Made by a program: the position numbers and the translations under genes | Shown: positions 45,994 through 56,720 of the stretch, piece by piece | How the letters are laid out: each line of letters starts with the position of its first letter | Position numbering within the stretch: position 1 is the first letter of the stretch | Notes under the pieces: model-generated | What the model saw: the letters and a program-made list of their open reading frames with translations, nothing else | Databases searched by the model: none | What the model was told of the DNA's origin: nothing | Assembly: GCA_039818205.1 (NCBI GenBank) | Contig: JBCBUK010000007.1 | Location: forward strand, 193,675-257,674 | Source of the DNA: Verrucomicrobiota bacterium | GTDB lineage: Bacteria; Verrucomicrobiota; Verrucomicrobiia; Opitutales; Cerasicoccaceae | Length of the DNA stretch: 64,000 nt | Direction of reading: 5' to 3'

Positions 45994-48900
45994 ATGCTCT
46001 TTCTCAGATCACTAGACCTCACAAAAATCACGTTTTACTATTTTTTCATAATCTCGATCGTTTTTGGAATTACCCACCAGTTGGCAAGCCAAGCACTGCC
46101 GGTCCCTGATTATGAAAACATATCGAATGGAAACCGATTTCGGTCTGACCAGGAAGTCAGCTTCAATGCCCGAGTCGAAGACGCAACTGGAGACGTCAAA
46201 TCAATCATCCTCCGTGTCAATGGCATCGAAGTACCGGGCGTCGTGATTCCAGAGTTCTCGATTACGAATGCCGACTTCGTTTCGAATGACACCTGGTTCG
46301 GAATCAAGTCAAACGGAATGATTCGTGAGCTACTTTACAAAGGTCGACTATTGTTTACCACCCGCACCCGGATCGATATGATCAACTCGTCAGGCAATTA
46401 TGTAAAGCTAGCCGTACCTGATGTTATGACTCCGACCGTTACAGACGATACGGTATCGTTTGATGAAGAGTTCTTTAGCAATGGCAGGACATTCCGCTAC
46501 AGAACTACTTATACGCTGGTCGATAATGCGATCCGTTTCCGCGCGGAAATCGCAAATACTGGGGGTAGTCTCAATTTTGGTCGAATCGCGATCACCCTAC
46601 CTAAATCGCAATATGAAACCCACGAGTATGTTGTGGACGGTGAAACCCGCTCCTACGGGACGAACCTATCTCGTCGCCATGTGAACAGCTATCAGGCATC
46701 CACCACACCAGGCTACAACTTCAAATTTCAAAATTTCGTTGAAGGTTCGGAGATCTCGATATTTGAAAACGACGATCGATACATCCTAACGTTATATGCG
46801 AACGCTAGCGATGTCATCGAGTTTGATATCCAATTCCCTCAAGGTGGCGAATGGTCTCGAGGCGGCATAACGACGAGTCGAATAGCCAACGGGAGCTTTG
46901 AAACGGGTTTCAACAAATGGGGTGTGGACTTCAACAATCGTGACCTTGATTCCCGGAAGCGAATCGTAACTGACGAAAAACTTCATGGGCGCCAAAGCCT
47001 GCAGCTCGATCTCGTAAGACGTTCCGGATTCCAGAACAAGGCAAAGGTTACCAGCGAATATTTTCAGGCGCCGTTCCAATCAGAGATTAATCTGAGAGCC
47101 TATCTGAAAGCCAATCGCGAGAACGTTAAAGTAACGATGGGTGTCCGCTACTATCCGATTGAAGCGATCCTCAACCAGGACGCCATTTCAATCACATCCG
47201 AGGAGATCACGCTATCGACCGAATGGCAGCCGATCAACTTTTCGACAGTTCTTCCGAGGTCCCTGCAGGGTGCTTACTGTATCTTCTTTGAGATCAACGG
47301 AGGAACGAGTGATGCCGTTGTCCATATCGACCGGGTAACGGTTACCGATGATGCCCGCGAAGGTTACGTCCACTATTCTCCAGTCGAATGTTCCGGCGAC
47401 ACAGCCGCATCCGACAATCTTTGGGAACCTGATCAAGTGATCCCAATTAGCTCGTTTGTGCGTAATAATCGGAATGAGGACCTGACGCTGACGATCCTGC
47501 TAGATATACTCGATCCGTTCTATCACCGCGTCGTTAGACGAACGATTACCAAGACGGTTCCAGCTTACTCAACGATAACTGATGTATTTAACAGCAACCA
47601 AATTCGCCTTAGCAAACGAGGTGCCCATCGTGCCTATATTCGAGCTTTCTACGAAGATGGCACCTTAGCCGCTCAACAAGGATTTACCATCGGCATACTA
47701 GAAGAACGCACGACGTTCAACGTACGCCCTGAAGGTCGGTTTGGCGCAAACATTCGCATGCAGGGCGGAAACTATTGGCAATACCTCGACTACGCTTCTC
47801 GGATTGGATTCACCTGGACTCGAGCGGTAACAAACTTCGGGTGGGAGAACATTCAACCCACGGAAGGTGGCCCACTAGAATTTAACTCGATCGAGAATAG
47901 CCTAGCGGACCACGAAGTCCGTGGACTGACTCCGATTGCGATTGTCCGGGGAATTCCACGGTGGGCAAGCGCAGCGCCAGCGGGTGCGTCCAAGTATAAC
48001 AACTACCCCCCTAAGAACGCCTACATGGATGACTTTCAGTCGTTTCTGACCCAGTTGTCTGACCGCTATAAAGACCGCGTATTCTTTTACGAAATATGGA
48101 ACGAACCCGAACTCAGTAAGTTCTACCGCGGAACGCCGACTCAATTCGGAGAAATTCTGAAGCGCGCATTTTGGGGAATCAATGCAGGCTCCCCTGATGC
48201 TGAAATTGCCGCATTTGGACTGACAGACTACCCGAGTGGAGCCCGACCGTTCTTAAGAAGCGTTTTCGATAGTCTAGGAACCAACGAATTCTGCGACTCC
48301 GTTGCCTGGCACCCCTATCGACAAGGAAGAAAAGGGCCGGAAGAAACCAATATGCGAAGTGAGTTCAACATGATTCAAAGCGACATTCAGGAGTATGGTG
48401 ACGCCAAAGACCTGCAGGCGACAGAAATTGGTTGGTTCGCGCCGGAGAAATGGTCGGTCCCCTATACACCGTTTAAGAACTCACAAATACCAGAACACAT
48501 CGCAACGGAAGAAGAATGCGCCCGATGGTATAGCCAAATGGCCGTAACTGCGTTTGCCCATCGTGTCCAGTCATTCATCTATTTCACGTTTACCGAAGGC
48601 GACATCTCAGACCGATGGTTTCACGGTTTCATCGGTCCGAATTCACGTTCGCTCAAGTCGGTATTTTTCTCCTCCGCTGCCTGTATCCGCAACACTGATT
48701 TCGGAGATATCATCGACCAGCGCTTTCATTTTTCCAATCTGTATACGACCGAATTTCGTCACCCAGATAAAGACGTCTTGGTTTTGTGGGCAAAGCAAGG
48801 GGGCATCGATATCGAAATCGATACCGACGTGCCCATCGACGGAGAAGACCTTTATGGAAACGCGTTCCAGCTACACCCAAAGAACGGTAAAGTCTGGTTA

Positions 48901-49263
48901 ACCGTCACTGAAGACGTTCTTTATCTGAAAACATCGCGTAGCGGCATTCAACTGCGCCAAGCCAGTTTCGCGCTGAGAGAACGGGAGCGGATTATATCCC
49001 CTGGCTCCACCGTCGAACTCGGCATTAATGGCAACCTACCGGCTGGCACAACACTTGAAGTCGACTCCGGGTTTGTGGGTTCCAGCCAAATCATTTCGAC
49101 TCCGGCTAGCTTTACGTTGACCCCAAGAAATCGAGTCATTCCGAACAATCGGTACCAAGTCCTTGGAGAGATTCGTTCCGGCGAGACGGTAAACGGACTG
49201 ATCCAATGGTCCGTAATCCCCGGGCAGTATAAAGGAGCCGTGGATCTACCCGTGAATCTCTAA
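45994..49263 (+). CDS. Large secreted clan GH-A glycoside hydrolase (GH39/GH5-like) with a CBM-like module
   Basis: Signal peptide, IANGSFE CBM-like module, TIM-barrel motifs YEIWNEP (acid/base), AWHPY and ATEIGW (nucleophile). Confidence 0.8.
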   Translation: MLFLRSLDLTKITFYYFFIISIVFGITHQLASQALPVPDYENISNGNRFRSDQEVSFNARVEDATGDVKSIILRVNGIEVPGVVIPEFSITNADFVSNDTWFGIKSNGMIRELLYKGRLLFTTRTRIDMINSSGNYVKLAVPDVMTPTVTDDTVSFDEEFFSNGRTFRYRTTYTLVDNAIRFRAEIANTGGSLNFGRIAITLPKSQYETHEYVVDGETRSYGTNLSRRHVNSYQASTTPGYNFKFQNFVEGSEISIFENDDRYILTLYANASDVIEFDIQFPQGGEWSRGGITTSRIANGSFETGFNKWGVDFNNRDLDSRKRIVTDEKLHGRQSLQLDLVRRSGFQNKAKVTSEYFQAPFQSEINLRAYLKANRENVKVTMGVRYYPIEAILNQDAISITSEEITLSTEWQPINFSTVLPRSLQGAYCIFFEINGGTSDAVVHIDRVTVTDDAREGYVHYSPVECSGDTAASDNLWEPDQVIPISSFVRNNRNEDLTLTILLDILDPFYHRVVRRTITKTVPAYSTITDVFNSNQIRLSKRGAHRAYIRAFYEDGTLAAQQGFTIGILEERTTFNVRPEGRFGANIRMQGGNYWQYLDYASRIGFTWTRAVTNFGWENIQPTEGGPLEFNSIENSLADHEVRGLTPIAIVRGIPRWASAAPAGASKYNNYPPKNAYMDDFQSFLTQLSDRYKDRVFFYEIWNEPELSKFYRGTPTQFGEILKRAFWGINAGSPDAEIAAFGLTDYPSGARPFLRSVFDSLGTNEFCDSVAWHPYRQGRKGPEETNMRSEFNMIQSDIQEYGDAKDLQATEIGWFAPEKWSVPYTPFKNSQIPEHIATEEECARWYSQMAVTAFAHRVQSFIYFTFTEGDISDRWFHGFIGPNSRSLKSVFFSSAACIRNTDFGDIIDQRFHFSNLYTTEFRHPDKDVLVLWAKQGGIDIEIDTDVPIDGEDLYGNAFQLHPKNGKVWLTVTEDVLYLKTSRSGIQLRQASFALRERERIISPGSTVELGINGNLPAGTTLEVDSGFVGSSQIISTPASFTLTPRNRVIPNNRYQVLGEIRSGETVNGLIQWSVIPGQYKGAVDLPVNL

Positions 49264-49299
49264 TTCATCCCCAACAACTTCCAATTGAAAGTTAGAAAA

Positions 49300-51849
49300 A
49301 TGATTCCTGTAAAATCAGCAGTAATCTGCTTTTCGCTATTCGCATTTCTGATAGCCGCTCAGTTGCACGGACAACAAACTCACCGCAAAACCTGGTCTCT
49401 CGACCTACCACCAGGCGAGCACACCTTAACGGTCTACTCGCAGACCGCCGATGGCCGCACCTCTAGCGGCAGGACGATCAATATCTATGTTAATGCACCC
49501 CCGAACACGGCATACTCGAGTCTGCCAAATAACAAACGCTTCATAAATCATTTGCCAATCATCGTAGGTGCGACGGCCTCAGATGACCGAGCGGTCCGGA
49601 AAGTAAGCCTGCAGGTGGATAGCGGGGCGCCAATGGATGACTCGAATCCCCCCTACTCATGGGATATATCAGGGCTATCTCCAGGCATGCATGAACTCAC
49701 CTTGGTTTCTTGGGACGATGACGGTGAAGCCTCGACCCCGAAACTCAGAACGATTGAAGTTGTGGATCCCAACGTATATTTCACGAATCTCGACCGATAT
49801 GAAAACCTTACAGTTGGCGACAGCATTGGCGTCACGGCAACCCACAACCTCATCGGCTTCCTTGACCGCATTGATCTGTTTCATAACGACGACCTGGTAG
49901 CGACCGAAATTGCATCACCTTATGAGTGGGGAGAAGACAACACAAACCGCACAGACCTTCCACTACTGAATCTGCCGGCAGGCACTCATTCATTAAAACT
50001 CAAGGCACATTACCTCGGCGAAGCCTATTCAACTGAACAGGAGATTCAGTTCTCGGTTGGACACCTCGAGGGCTGGACCGTCGGAACCATTGGCTCGTCA
50101 TCATCCGCTAACCCCTTCGTGTATGTCGACCCGGCAGTTAACTCCGTGACCCTTGAATCTGCTGGGCAAAACATCAACTCGACGTCTGACGATATTGGAT
50201 TCAGCAATCAACAGTTGCCTTCAGGTGATGCCCTAATCATCGCAAAAGTTGAGGATGCCCAAGGTGTGGATGCCTACGCAAAGGCAGGCATCATGATCCG
50301 GGCATCGATGGCTCCCGATGCAAAATACTCCGCTCTATTCTTTACACCCAACGGAAACCTAGGGCACTTCCGACGATTGAACAAAGCTGAGGATGCTCAA
50401 GTTACCTGGTTTGGTCAGCCGGGTTTCCCTTGCTGGCTGAAACTTGTAAAGCGTGATGGCGAGATCAGTGGCTTCTATAGCCGGGATGGCGAAGACTGGA
50501 TACCAACCGCCACCGACCCGATAACCATCAACAACGCGCCGGCGGTGGGGCTTTTTACCAGCGCTCGCAGTGATACTGATCGTGTTCGTGGCGAATTCTC
50601 TGAAGTCTATGCGGAGCCACTCAGAGACAATTTTTCCAGCTGGGTAAAAACCAACTTTCAGCCCGCTCAGTGGCCAAGAAAGATTCGATTCAGAAACAGT
50701 GAAGACCATGACCTCGACGGTGTCGTTGATTTCATCGAATATTCAACGGGAACGAATCCAAGAAATGGTAATCAAAACCGACCATCGATCACGAGCGGTA
50801 TCACTGGTGAAACCCAAATTCGCGTACAGATCAACAAACAGATGATGGACACGGTTTGGTCGATTGAATCATCCTCAAACCTAATCGACTGGGCGCAAGC
50901 GCTACCGACATCAACCACCGTCGAACGAGAAGATGCTCAGACAAGGACCTACCGCTATGCCTTCCCTCAGCTCGATCCGTCGAATCTCTATCGCATACGG
51001 TTTTACGAGGCTCAGTTTCCGCTAGATACAATAATTTGGTTGAAATCGGACAGGACGAACCGATTCCTGTCGGCATCCAACACCAACTCGATCCGAGCAA
51101 ATGCCTCGGAGATAACTGACCATGAAAAGTGGATCATTTCCCAAACGAACGACGGTGCTTACGCAATCAGATCCATTGGCACTGGGCACTTTGTCCGTCT
51201 AAACAATCTGACCGCAAAGACATTCAACGCAAACTTCGATGGGAATCCGGATGATTTCGCTTGGGCACGTCTACTAATGGCACTGCGAGAAGACTCAAGA
51301 ATCGTCATTCAATCGCAACTTGATGACGTTGGCTTTTGGATTCCAGACGTCACAACGAATGACCGGGTCGCTGGTAACGGAACCATTGACGAACCCGAGG
51401 CTGGATTTACTTGGGGAATGGTTTCAATCCCACCACCGTCTCTAGACACCAACATCTGGATTCGCTTCCAAGAAACCGGCACCTACTTGACTGCTACCAG
51501 CCCCGGTGATGCGAATGCCACCGCGATCACGAATCAAGAAGCGTGGCAGTTAACCAGAGTTCCTGGAGAAAGCGAATACGTGGCGCTTCAATCGGTTACT
51601 AATGGTGGTTTTCTCGCGCTGCGGAACCTCACCGAGAAAAGGCTCTGGCTCAATCCGACCTCAATCGATTCGCTTGGCTCTTGGGCTCAATTTAAACTCA
51701 TCGATTTGGGTGACGGTTTCTTTGGGTTGATGCCGCGGGTTGCCGAGTCCTTTCTCCAGGTCGATCCGGAACATCCCGACTTTGAGGTAAATGGACTAGG
51801 CAACGAAAATTCACCTGGCATCGTACTGTATTGGGGAATGTTGCCTTGA
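49300..51849 (+). CDS. Secreted multidomain non-catalytic protein (Ig-like, ConA-like lectin, fascin-like repeats)
   Basis: Signal peptide, Big-type Ig repeats (PYSW...LSPGMHELT), AKAGIMIRAS...WLKLVK lectin-like domain, DHDLDG..DFIEY..GTNP motif, two beta-trefoil-like repeats. Confidence 0.75.
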   Translation: MIPVKSAVICFSLFAFLIAAQLHGQQTHRKTWSLDLPPGEHTLTVYSQTADGRTSSGRTINIYVNAPPNTAYSSLPNNKRFINHLPIIVGATASDDRAVRKVSLQVDSGAPMDDSNPPYSWDISGLSPGMHELTLVSWDDDGEASTPKLRTIEVVDPNVYFTNLDRYENLTVGDSIGVTATHNLIGFLDRIDLFHNDDLVATEIASPYEWGEDNTNRTDLPLLNLPAGTHSLKLKAHYLGEAYSTEQEIQFSVGHLEGWTVGTIGSSSSANPFVYVDPAVNSVTLESAGQNINSTSDDIGFSNQQLPSGDALIIAKVEDAQGVDAYAKAGIMIRASMAPDAKYSALFFTPNGNLGHFRRLNKAEDAQVTWFGQPGFPCWLKLVKRDGEISGFYSRDGEDWIPTATDPITINNAPAVGLFTSARSDTDRVRGEFSEVYAEPLRDNFSSWVKTNFQPAQWPRKIRFRNSEDHDLDGVVDFIEYSTGTNPRNGNQNRPSITSGITGETQIRVQINKQMMDTVWSIESSSNLIDWAQALPTSTTVEREDAQTRTYRYAFPQLDPSNLYRIRFYEAQFPLDTIIWLKSDRTNRFLSASNTNSIRANASEITDHEKWIISQTNDGAYAIRSIGTGHFVRLNNLTAKTFNANFDGNPDDFAWARLLMALREDSRIVIQSQLDDVGFWIPDVTTNDRVAGNGTIDEPEAGFTWGMVSIPPPSLDTNIWIRFQETGTYLTATSPGDANATAITNQEAWQLTRVPGESEYVALQSVTNGGFLALRNLTEKRLWLNPTSIDSLGSWAQFKLIDLGDGFFGLMPRVAESFLQVDPEHPDFEVNGLGNENSPGIVLYWGMLP

Positions 51850-52315
51850 GCCTTATCAAAGCATCAGGCAGCATCTCCAAGCCCTTATAAAATAAGGCCT
51901 TCAAGCAACAAAGGGTTACCATCAATAACAGGATACAAAACAGGAACTCAACTATGTCCTGAAGCATATTCTTCATCGTACAACTATTGTCTAGTAGCCA
52001 GGATCGGATCTTTTTGATAGAGTTCTATTACAAAATTTTTCCAATCCTCCTTACCCTTCTTTTTTCAGTTAGACACCAACCCCACTTAGAACCGGTATCT
52101 ACTGTAAGAAAAATAACCTATGGTGAAGCCCATGCTTCACGATAGTTCCCTTCCCATATCGACGAATCGGCCACGGAAAGAGCCCGACCCACAACGATAC
52201 ATTACACCTGTAATAACTCTCTATCCAGCCAGCGACGATCGAACAGACGCGCATACACGAAGATTAGCAATAGGCTAGTTTACCCTTCAAAAACCACCCC
52301 TAGCACGTAAAGAAA

Positions 52316-53998
52316 ATGGATCGATTAATCCGGCGGTTATTCCGTACCCCACATCCCGAAAGTTGCCCAACCTCACGCGAAGGCTCCTCTCAACCCTCAC
52401 TCAATTCAACCTTCAAATATACAGCAGTAATATTAACTCTTTCTCTCGGCTCCGTAACCGCTAGTGCCAGTAAGCACCTAGAAGGCTTTTGCACACGGGT
52501 GACAGCGGGAGACCATTCCCTCTGGACCGTTACACAGGCCCAGTTTGAGGCAGCCTGCCAAGCCGCCGCCAATGAGGACCCTGAAAGCTCAGGAACTCTG
52601 GAGATTGGGCGAAAGTTCGGGATTCAAAATGTCAAGTTTCTGGCGCAAGAGCCGCTTACCATACCTCATCAGTATTCTGAACTAAAAATCTTGGGATATG
52701 GAAAGTACAACACGAAGATCGTCGTCGACTTTGAGCCAAATTCCAATGCGTTCTCGGGCCAAGGCTTGCTCACAATCGAAGCCCAGGGAGTCCATGTTTC
52801 CGAAATCGGTTTTGACGGCAAACACTACACCGATAGCACAAAGCGAGTGCCAAACTTGGTGAATTGCGGTCTTCAAGGCGTTAGCCCACCGGAGGGCCTC
52901 TCATTCATTAATTGCCTGTTCAAGAACTCCGGAAATCGCGGAATTGTCGGCGGTCCGATATCAGTTACCAAGGACAGCTCACTGGGATCGAATGGATCGA
53001 ACGCAGGCACCATGTTGCTACGCGACATTACGGTCGAAAATTGCCATTTCAAAGACTTCACGGATAAGACCGCCGAAGGTAAACATGCAATCGGTATCGC
53101 GATCTACTTCGGCAATCGGGCATCATGGGAAAACTCTGGTGGCGTATGGGATACGGACGAAGTGCCGTCTTCGACTATCACCAAAAACCTTATTTCAAAC
53201 ATTGTTCGCGGCGTGATCGGCGACTGTGGCAACGATGAATGGTTTGGAGACTATTCGGAAGCAACCGATGAAGAAGATGTTCAGAACGTTATCGAAAACC
53301 AACCCAGTAAGCAATGGGGCAGCGTAGCAGAGACCAGTTTCTCCTATACCTTGATCGAAGACAACACCTTCTTAAGCATGAAGCGCTGGGGCATCGGATT
53401 CGCCAATGCCAAGAAGGTTACCATCAACAAGAACGTAATATCCCTAGATATTACCGCACATACCTTCAGCCATTGCATCCACCTTGAGGCCGGCGCCAGC
53501 GCATTTAACATAACAGAGAACACGCTTACCAACGACAAAACTGGCGTGCGAACTGACGGGACGCTGCAGCCCCTCAATGCCTGTATCGCGATTCTTGACG
53601 GCACCAATGGAGACTTTCAAAACGATGATGGTCTCTTTAATATCATCATTGATAATAACACCTTCGACGGTAAGTGCGCGAATGCAATCTACTCCGAAGT
53701 CGGGATAACGGACACACATACACTGCAACATGCAAGCGATGATCTCATGGATGCTTGGCCCAATTTAGGTTCCAATCTCTTAATGACCTACATCAATCGC
53801 CTAAGGCAATACAAGATCCAGATCGTCAACAACGACTTCTCCCAATTCAATGTCAACTGGGTGAATAACCATTCCGGCGATACAGCCAGCACCGGGTGGC
53901 ACTATCGCTTGGAGAGCAATCCTCTCGGAACTTTCGACATCACCACTAACAACAACTACGGCACCTACGCCAATTCCACATTTGTTGTTAATCAGTAG
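52316..53998 (+). CDS. Right-handed parallel beta-helix protein (pectin lyase-like fold)
   Basis: Asn-ladder repeats (ITVENCHF, IEDNTF, ITENTL, IIDNNTF, IVNNDF); hydrophobic N-terminal export segment. Confidence 0.72.
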   Translation: MDRLIRRLFRTPHPESCPTSREGSSQPSLNSTFKYTAVILTLSLGSVTASASKHLEGFCTRVTAGDHSLWTVTQAQFEAACQAAANEDPESSGTLEIGRKFGIQNVKFLAQEPLTIPHQYSELKILGYGKYNTKIVVDFEPNSNAFSGQGLLTIEAQGVHVSEIGFDGKHYTDSTKRVPNLVNCGLQGVSPPEGLSFINCLFKNSGNRGIVGGPISVTKDSSLGSNGSNAGTMLLRDITVENCHFKDFTDKTAEGKHAIGIAIYFGNRASWENSGGVWDTDEVPSSTITKNLISNIVRGVIGDCGNDEWFGDYSEATDEEDVQNVIENQPSKQWGSVAETSFSYTLIEDNTFLSMKRWGIGFANAKKVTINKNVISLDITAHTFSHCIHLEAGASAFNITENTLTNDKTGVRTDGTLQPLNACIAILDGTNGDFQNDDGLFNIIIDNNTFDGKCANAIYSEVGITDTHTLQHASDDLMDAWPNLGSNLLMTYINRLRQYKIQIVNNDFSQFNVNWVNNHSGDTASTGWHYRLESNPLGTFDITTNNNYGTYANSTFVVNQ

Positions 53999-54033
53999 CA
54001 GAACCCCCATATAACAGCCAAACTTCGTTCAGA

Positions 54034-55005
54034 ATGAAATCAAAGATGCCAAGAATCGCTGCGGCGACGGCGATCATTTCCCTTCTGACAGCGATCGGCT
54101 TCCTTAAGGCAACGCAGCCAACCGAAAACCTTAAGGAACTGATCGCCGAAGGGCGGCCCGCTGCAAACCCCTTTGTATCGGTGCCCGACTCAACCCCGGT
54201 TGCTCAATCCATCGAGATCAACCGTGCACCCAACGATCGAATCAGGCGATTGGTCGGTCGTTTTGAATCAATATCGGCGACGGGAAATGTCGAATCATTG
54301 CAGGCCTTTTTAGCCGAGTTGCTTGAAGAAGATGAGGCACTAGCCCTCGAGGTTCTCTCTTCCTTGAATCAAAATGTAGAGTTTCCTTACCACCTGAGCA
54401 GAACATTGGCTAAATGGTATGGCGATACACCTGTCCTGGAAGCGATCAATCGCAACTCAGATCTCGAGCGCACACAACCGCGTCTCTATAGGCGAACAAC
54501 ACTCAGATTACTTCGCAAAAAAAGTGGAAACACCTCCCCAAAGGAGGTTCTCGATTTCATTCTCCTGCCTAGGAATCAGTACTATCGAACCACGGCCGCC
54601 TTCCAGGTCGCAGATCAGTTGATATCCGCTAACCCGGATCAGGCGATGGACACGATTCTTCTCTTCCAGACAATCGAAGACCCCGCACTTGCCCAAACGA
54701 TGCTAAGCTCAGCCTACTCAACTTGGGTACGCAACGATCCGCTCGCGGCACAAGCCTACCTCAACCAGACACCCTACTGCCGCACCCATATTGACGCTAT
54801 TAGTACCCTCGTCATGCGCTATGGAAAAGACGATCCATCGGCCGCGATGTCGTGGATCGTCCCGATTGACGAACCCGAACTGCGTCGTGACTTGTTTCAA
54901 TACATCGCATACGAATGGAAGAAGCAGTCGTCCCAAGCCTATACGGACTGGCTCGACGATCAGGATCCTGAGCTGCGCAACTACCTCCAGTCGAAGATTC
55001 AATAG
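54034..55005 (+). CDS. Hypothetical exported helical-repeat protein
   Basis: N-terminal hydrophobic segment; repeats such as WVRNDPLAAQAY and YGKDDPSAAMSW. Confidence 0.7.
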   Translation: MKSKMPRIAAATAIISLLTAIGFLKATQPTENLKELIAEGRPAANPFVSVPDSTPVAQSIEINRAPNDRIRRLVGRFESISATGNVESLQAFLAELLEEDEALALEVLSSLNQNVEFPYHLSRTLAKWYGDTPVLEAINRNSDLERTQPRLYRRTTLRLLRKKSGNTSPKEVLDFILLPRNQYYRTTAAFQVADQLISANPDQAMDTILLFQTIEDPALAQTMLSSAYSTWVRNDPLAAQAYLNQTPYCRTHIDAISTLVMRYGKDDPSAAMSWIVPIDEPELRRDLFQYIAYEWKKQSSQAYTDWLDDQDPELRNYLQSKIQ

Positions 55006-55180
55006 ATCTGGAAATCAAACTGGGCGAGCGACTCCAACGATCGGAAAAGTGTCCCGGTTCTATCCTGCAAAGGGATGGAACCGTTCGTCCAATATGACTT
55101 CCGTCTAGTAGCGGATTCTCTGGCATCTGCTACAATTGTTCATTGGAAGCAAGAAACACCCAACCTAAGCATCGATAACT

Positions 55181-56581
55181 ATGACGTATCCGTCCGAGAA
55201 ACTAATTCGAACCATACTCGCTTTCTGCATTGCAGGAGTCTTATCAGCCTCAATAAGCAATGCTGACGACAAACCAAACATTATCATAATAATAACCGAT
55301 GACCAGGGTTACAATGATGTCGGATTCAATGGCAGTGAAGAGATACCGACGCCAAACGTCGATCGTATCGCAGACGAGGGAGTTCGATTTACGCAGGCCT
55401 ATGTGACGCATCCATTCTGTGGGCCCAGTCGGGCTGGTCTTCTATCAGGGCGCTATCAGTATCGATTCGGATTCGAAGGAAACCCCAGCCTAAACCCACG
55501 CGACGAAAAAGCCGGATTTCCGACTTCAGAAGAAATGATTTCGGAGATGTTAAAGCGAGCTGGCTACACCAATATGATCGCTGGAAAATGGCACATGGGA
55601 ACTCACCCACGCTTTCATCCGTTTAAACGAGGATTCGATGAATTCTTCGGATTTCTGGCGGGCGGACACCAATATTTCCCGCATGAGCTGACGGTCAAAG
55701 ACATGATGGCCGTGAAAAACAAAGGCGAATGGTACCGCACAAAACTTCGTCACAACGGCGAGATCTACGAGATGCAACGGGACTACCTCACGGACGAGAT
55801 AAGCGACTTTGCTGTAGATTTCATCGAACGTCGCGGAAAGCAAGACGAGCCCTTCTTTCTATACTTGGCCTACAACGCTCCTCACGGCCCGCTCCAAGCA
55901 ACTCAGACATATCTGGACCGATTTCCGAACATAGAGGACAACAAGCGGAGGACCTACGCAGCGATGATCAGTGCAGTCGACGATGGGGTTGGTCGAGTAC
56001 TGGATACGCTTGATCAGATGGAGATTGCAGGTAATACCGTCGTTTTCTTTCTCTCTGACAACGGTGGCGTAATGAAGAAAGGAAAAGAAAATTGGTCGGA
56101 CAATTCGCCATTGCGAGCCGGCAAAGGGAGCTTCTTTGAAGGCGGAAATCGTGTTCCATTTGCCATGCGCTGGCCAGCTCGAGTGAAAGCCAAGCAAGAC
56201 TACAACGAGCCGATCAGTTCCTTGGATATCGCTTCGACGTTGGCCGCTCATCTCAACATCCAACCTCAAAAGACTCTCGATGGAATCGACCTCCTGCCCT
56301 ATCTCAACGGTGTCGCAAGACGAGCACCCGATCGCGAGCTCTACTGGAGAAATCTGAAGTCTGGCAACATAGCCGTCGTATCGGGAGATTACAAATACAT
56401 GAAGTCGGCGAAGAACAGTTCACTCTTCGACTTGAGCTCCGACATTGGGGAAAGCAAGAACCTAGTGAAGAAGAACGCTGAAGTGGTCGGTTCGATGGAG
56501 TCAAAACAAGAAGACTGGCTAGAAGGCATGGCCACTGAACCGGCATTTAATTTCGCAGACACATGGCCGCGGAAGAACTAG
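55181..56581 (+). CDS. Formylglycine-dependent sulfatase (S1)
   Basis: Signal peptide, KPNIIIIITDDQG, CGPSRAGLLSGRY, GKWH, YNAPH, SDNGG. Confidence 0.95.
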   Translation: MTYPSEKLIRTILAFCIAGVLSASISNADDKPNIIIIITDDQGYNDVGFNGSEEIPTPNVDRIADEGVRFTQAYVTHPFCGPSRAGLLSGRYQYRFGFEGNPSLNPRDEKAGFPTSEEMISEMLKRAGYTNMIAGKWHMGTHPRFHPFKRGFDEFFGFLAGGHQYFPHELTVKDMMAVKNKGEWYRTKLRHNGEIYEMQRDYLTDEISDFAVDFIERRGKQDEPFFLYLAYNAPHGPLQATQTYLDRFPNIEDNKRRTYAAMISAVDDGVGRVLDTLDQMEIAGNTVVFFLSDNGGVMKKGKENWSDNSPLRAGKGSFFEGGNRVPFAMRWPARVKAKQDYNEPISSLDIASTLAAHLNIQPQKTLDGIDLLPYLNGVARRAPDRELYWRNLKSGNIAVVSGDYKYMKSAKNSSLFDLSSDIGESKNLVKKNAEVVGSMESKQEDWLEGMATEPAFNFADTWPRKN

Positions 56582-56640
56582 GGCCACAAGCAATTCACAC
56601 GATTGGCCAAGTTGGCTCGCTGAGAGCGTAGGAAGCATTA

Positions 56641-56678
56641 TCAATGCCCCGGAACATCGTTCCGGGGCTTCGCATTGA
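56641..56678. terminator. Hairpin between convergent sulfatase genes
   Basis: GCCCCGGAAC-ATC-GTTCCGGGGC with outer TCAATG/CATTGA. Confidence 0.6.
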
Positions 56679-56720
56679 CTCAGAAGGTCAAGAGGTCAAT
56701 GCCGCAAGCTATACCAATGA

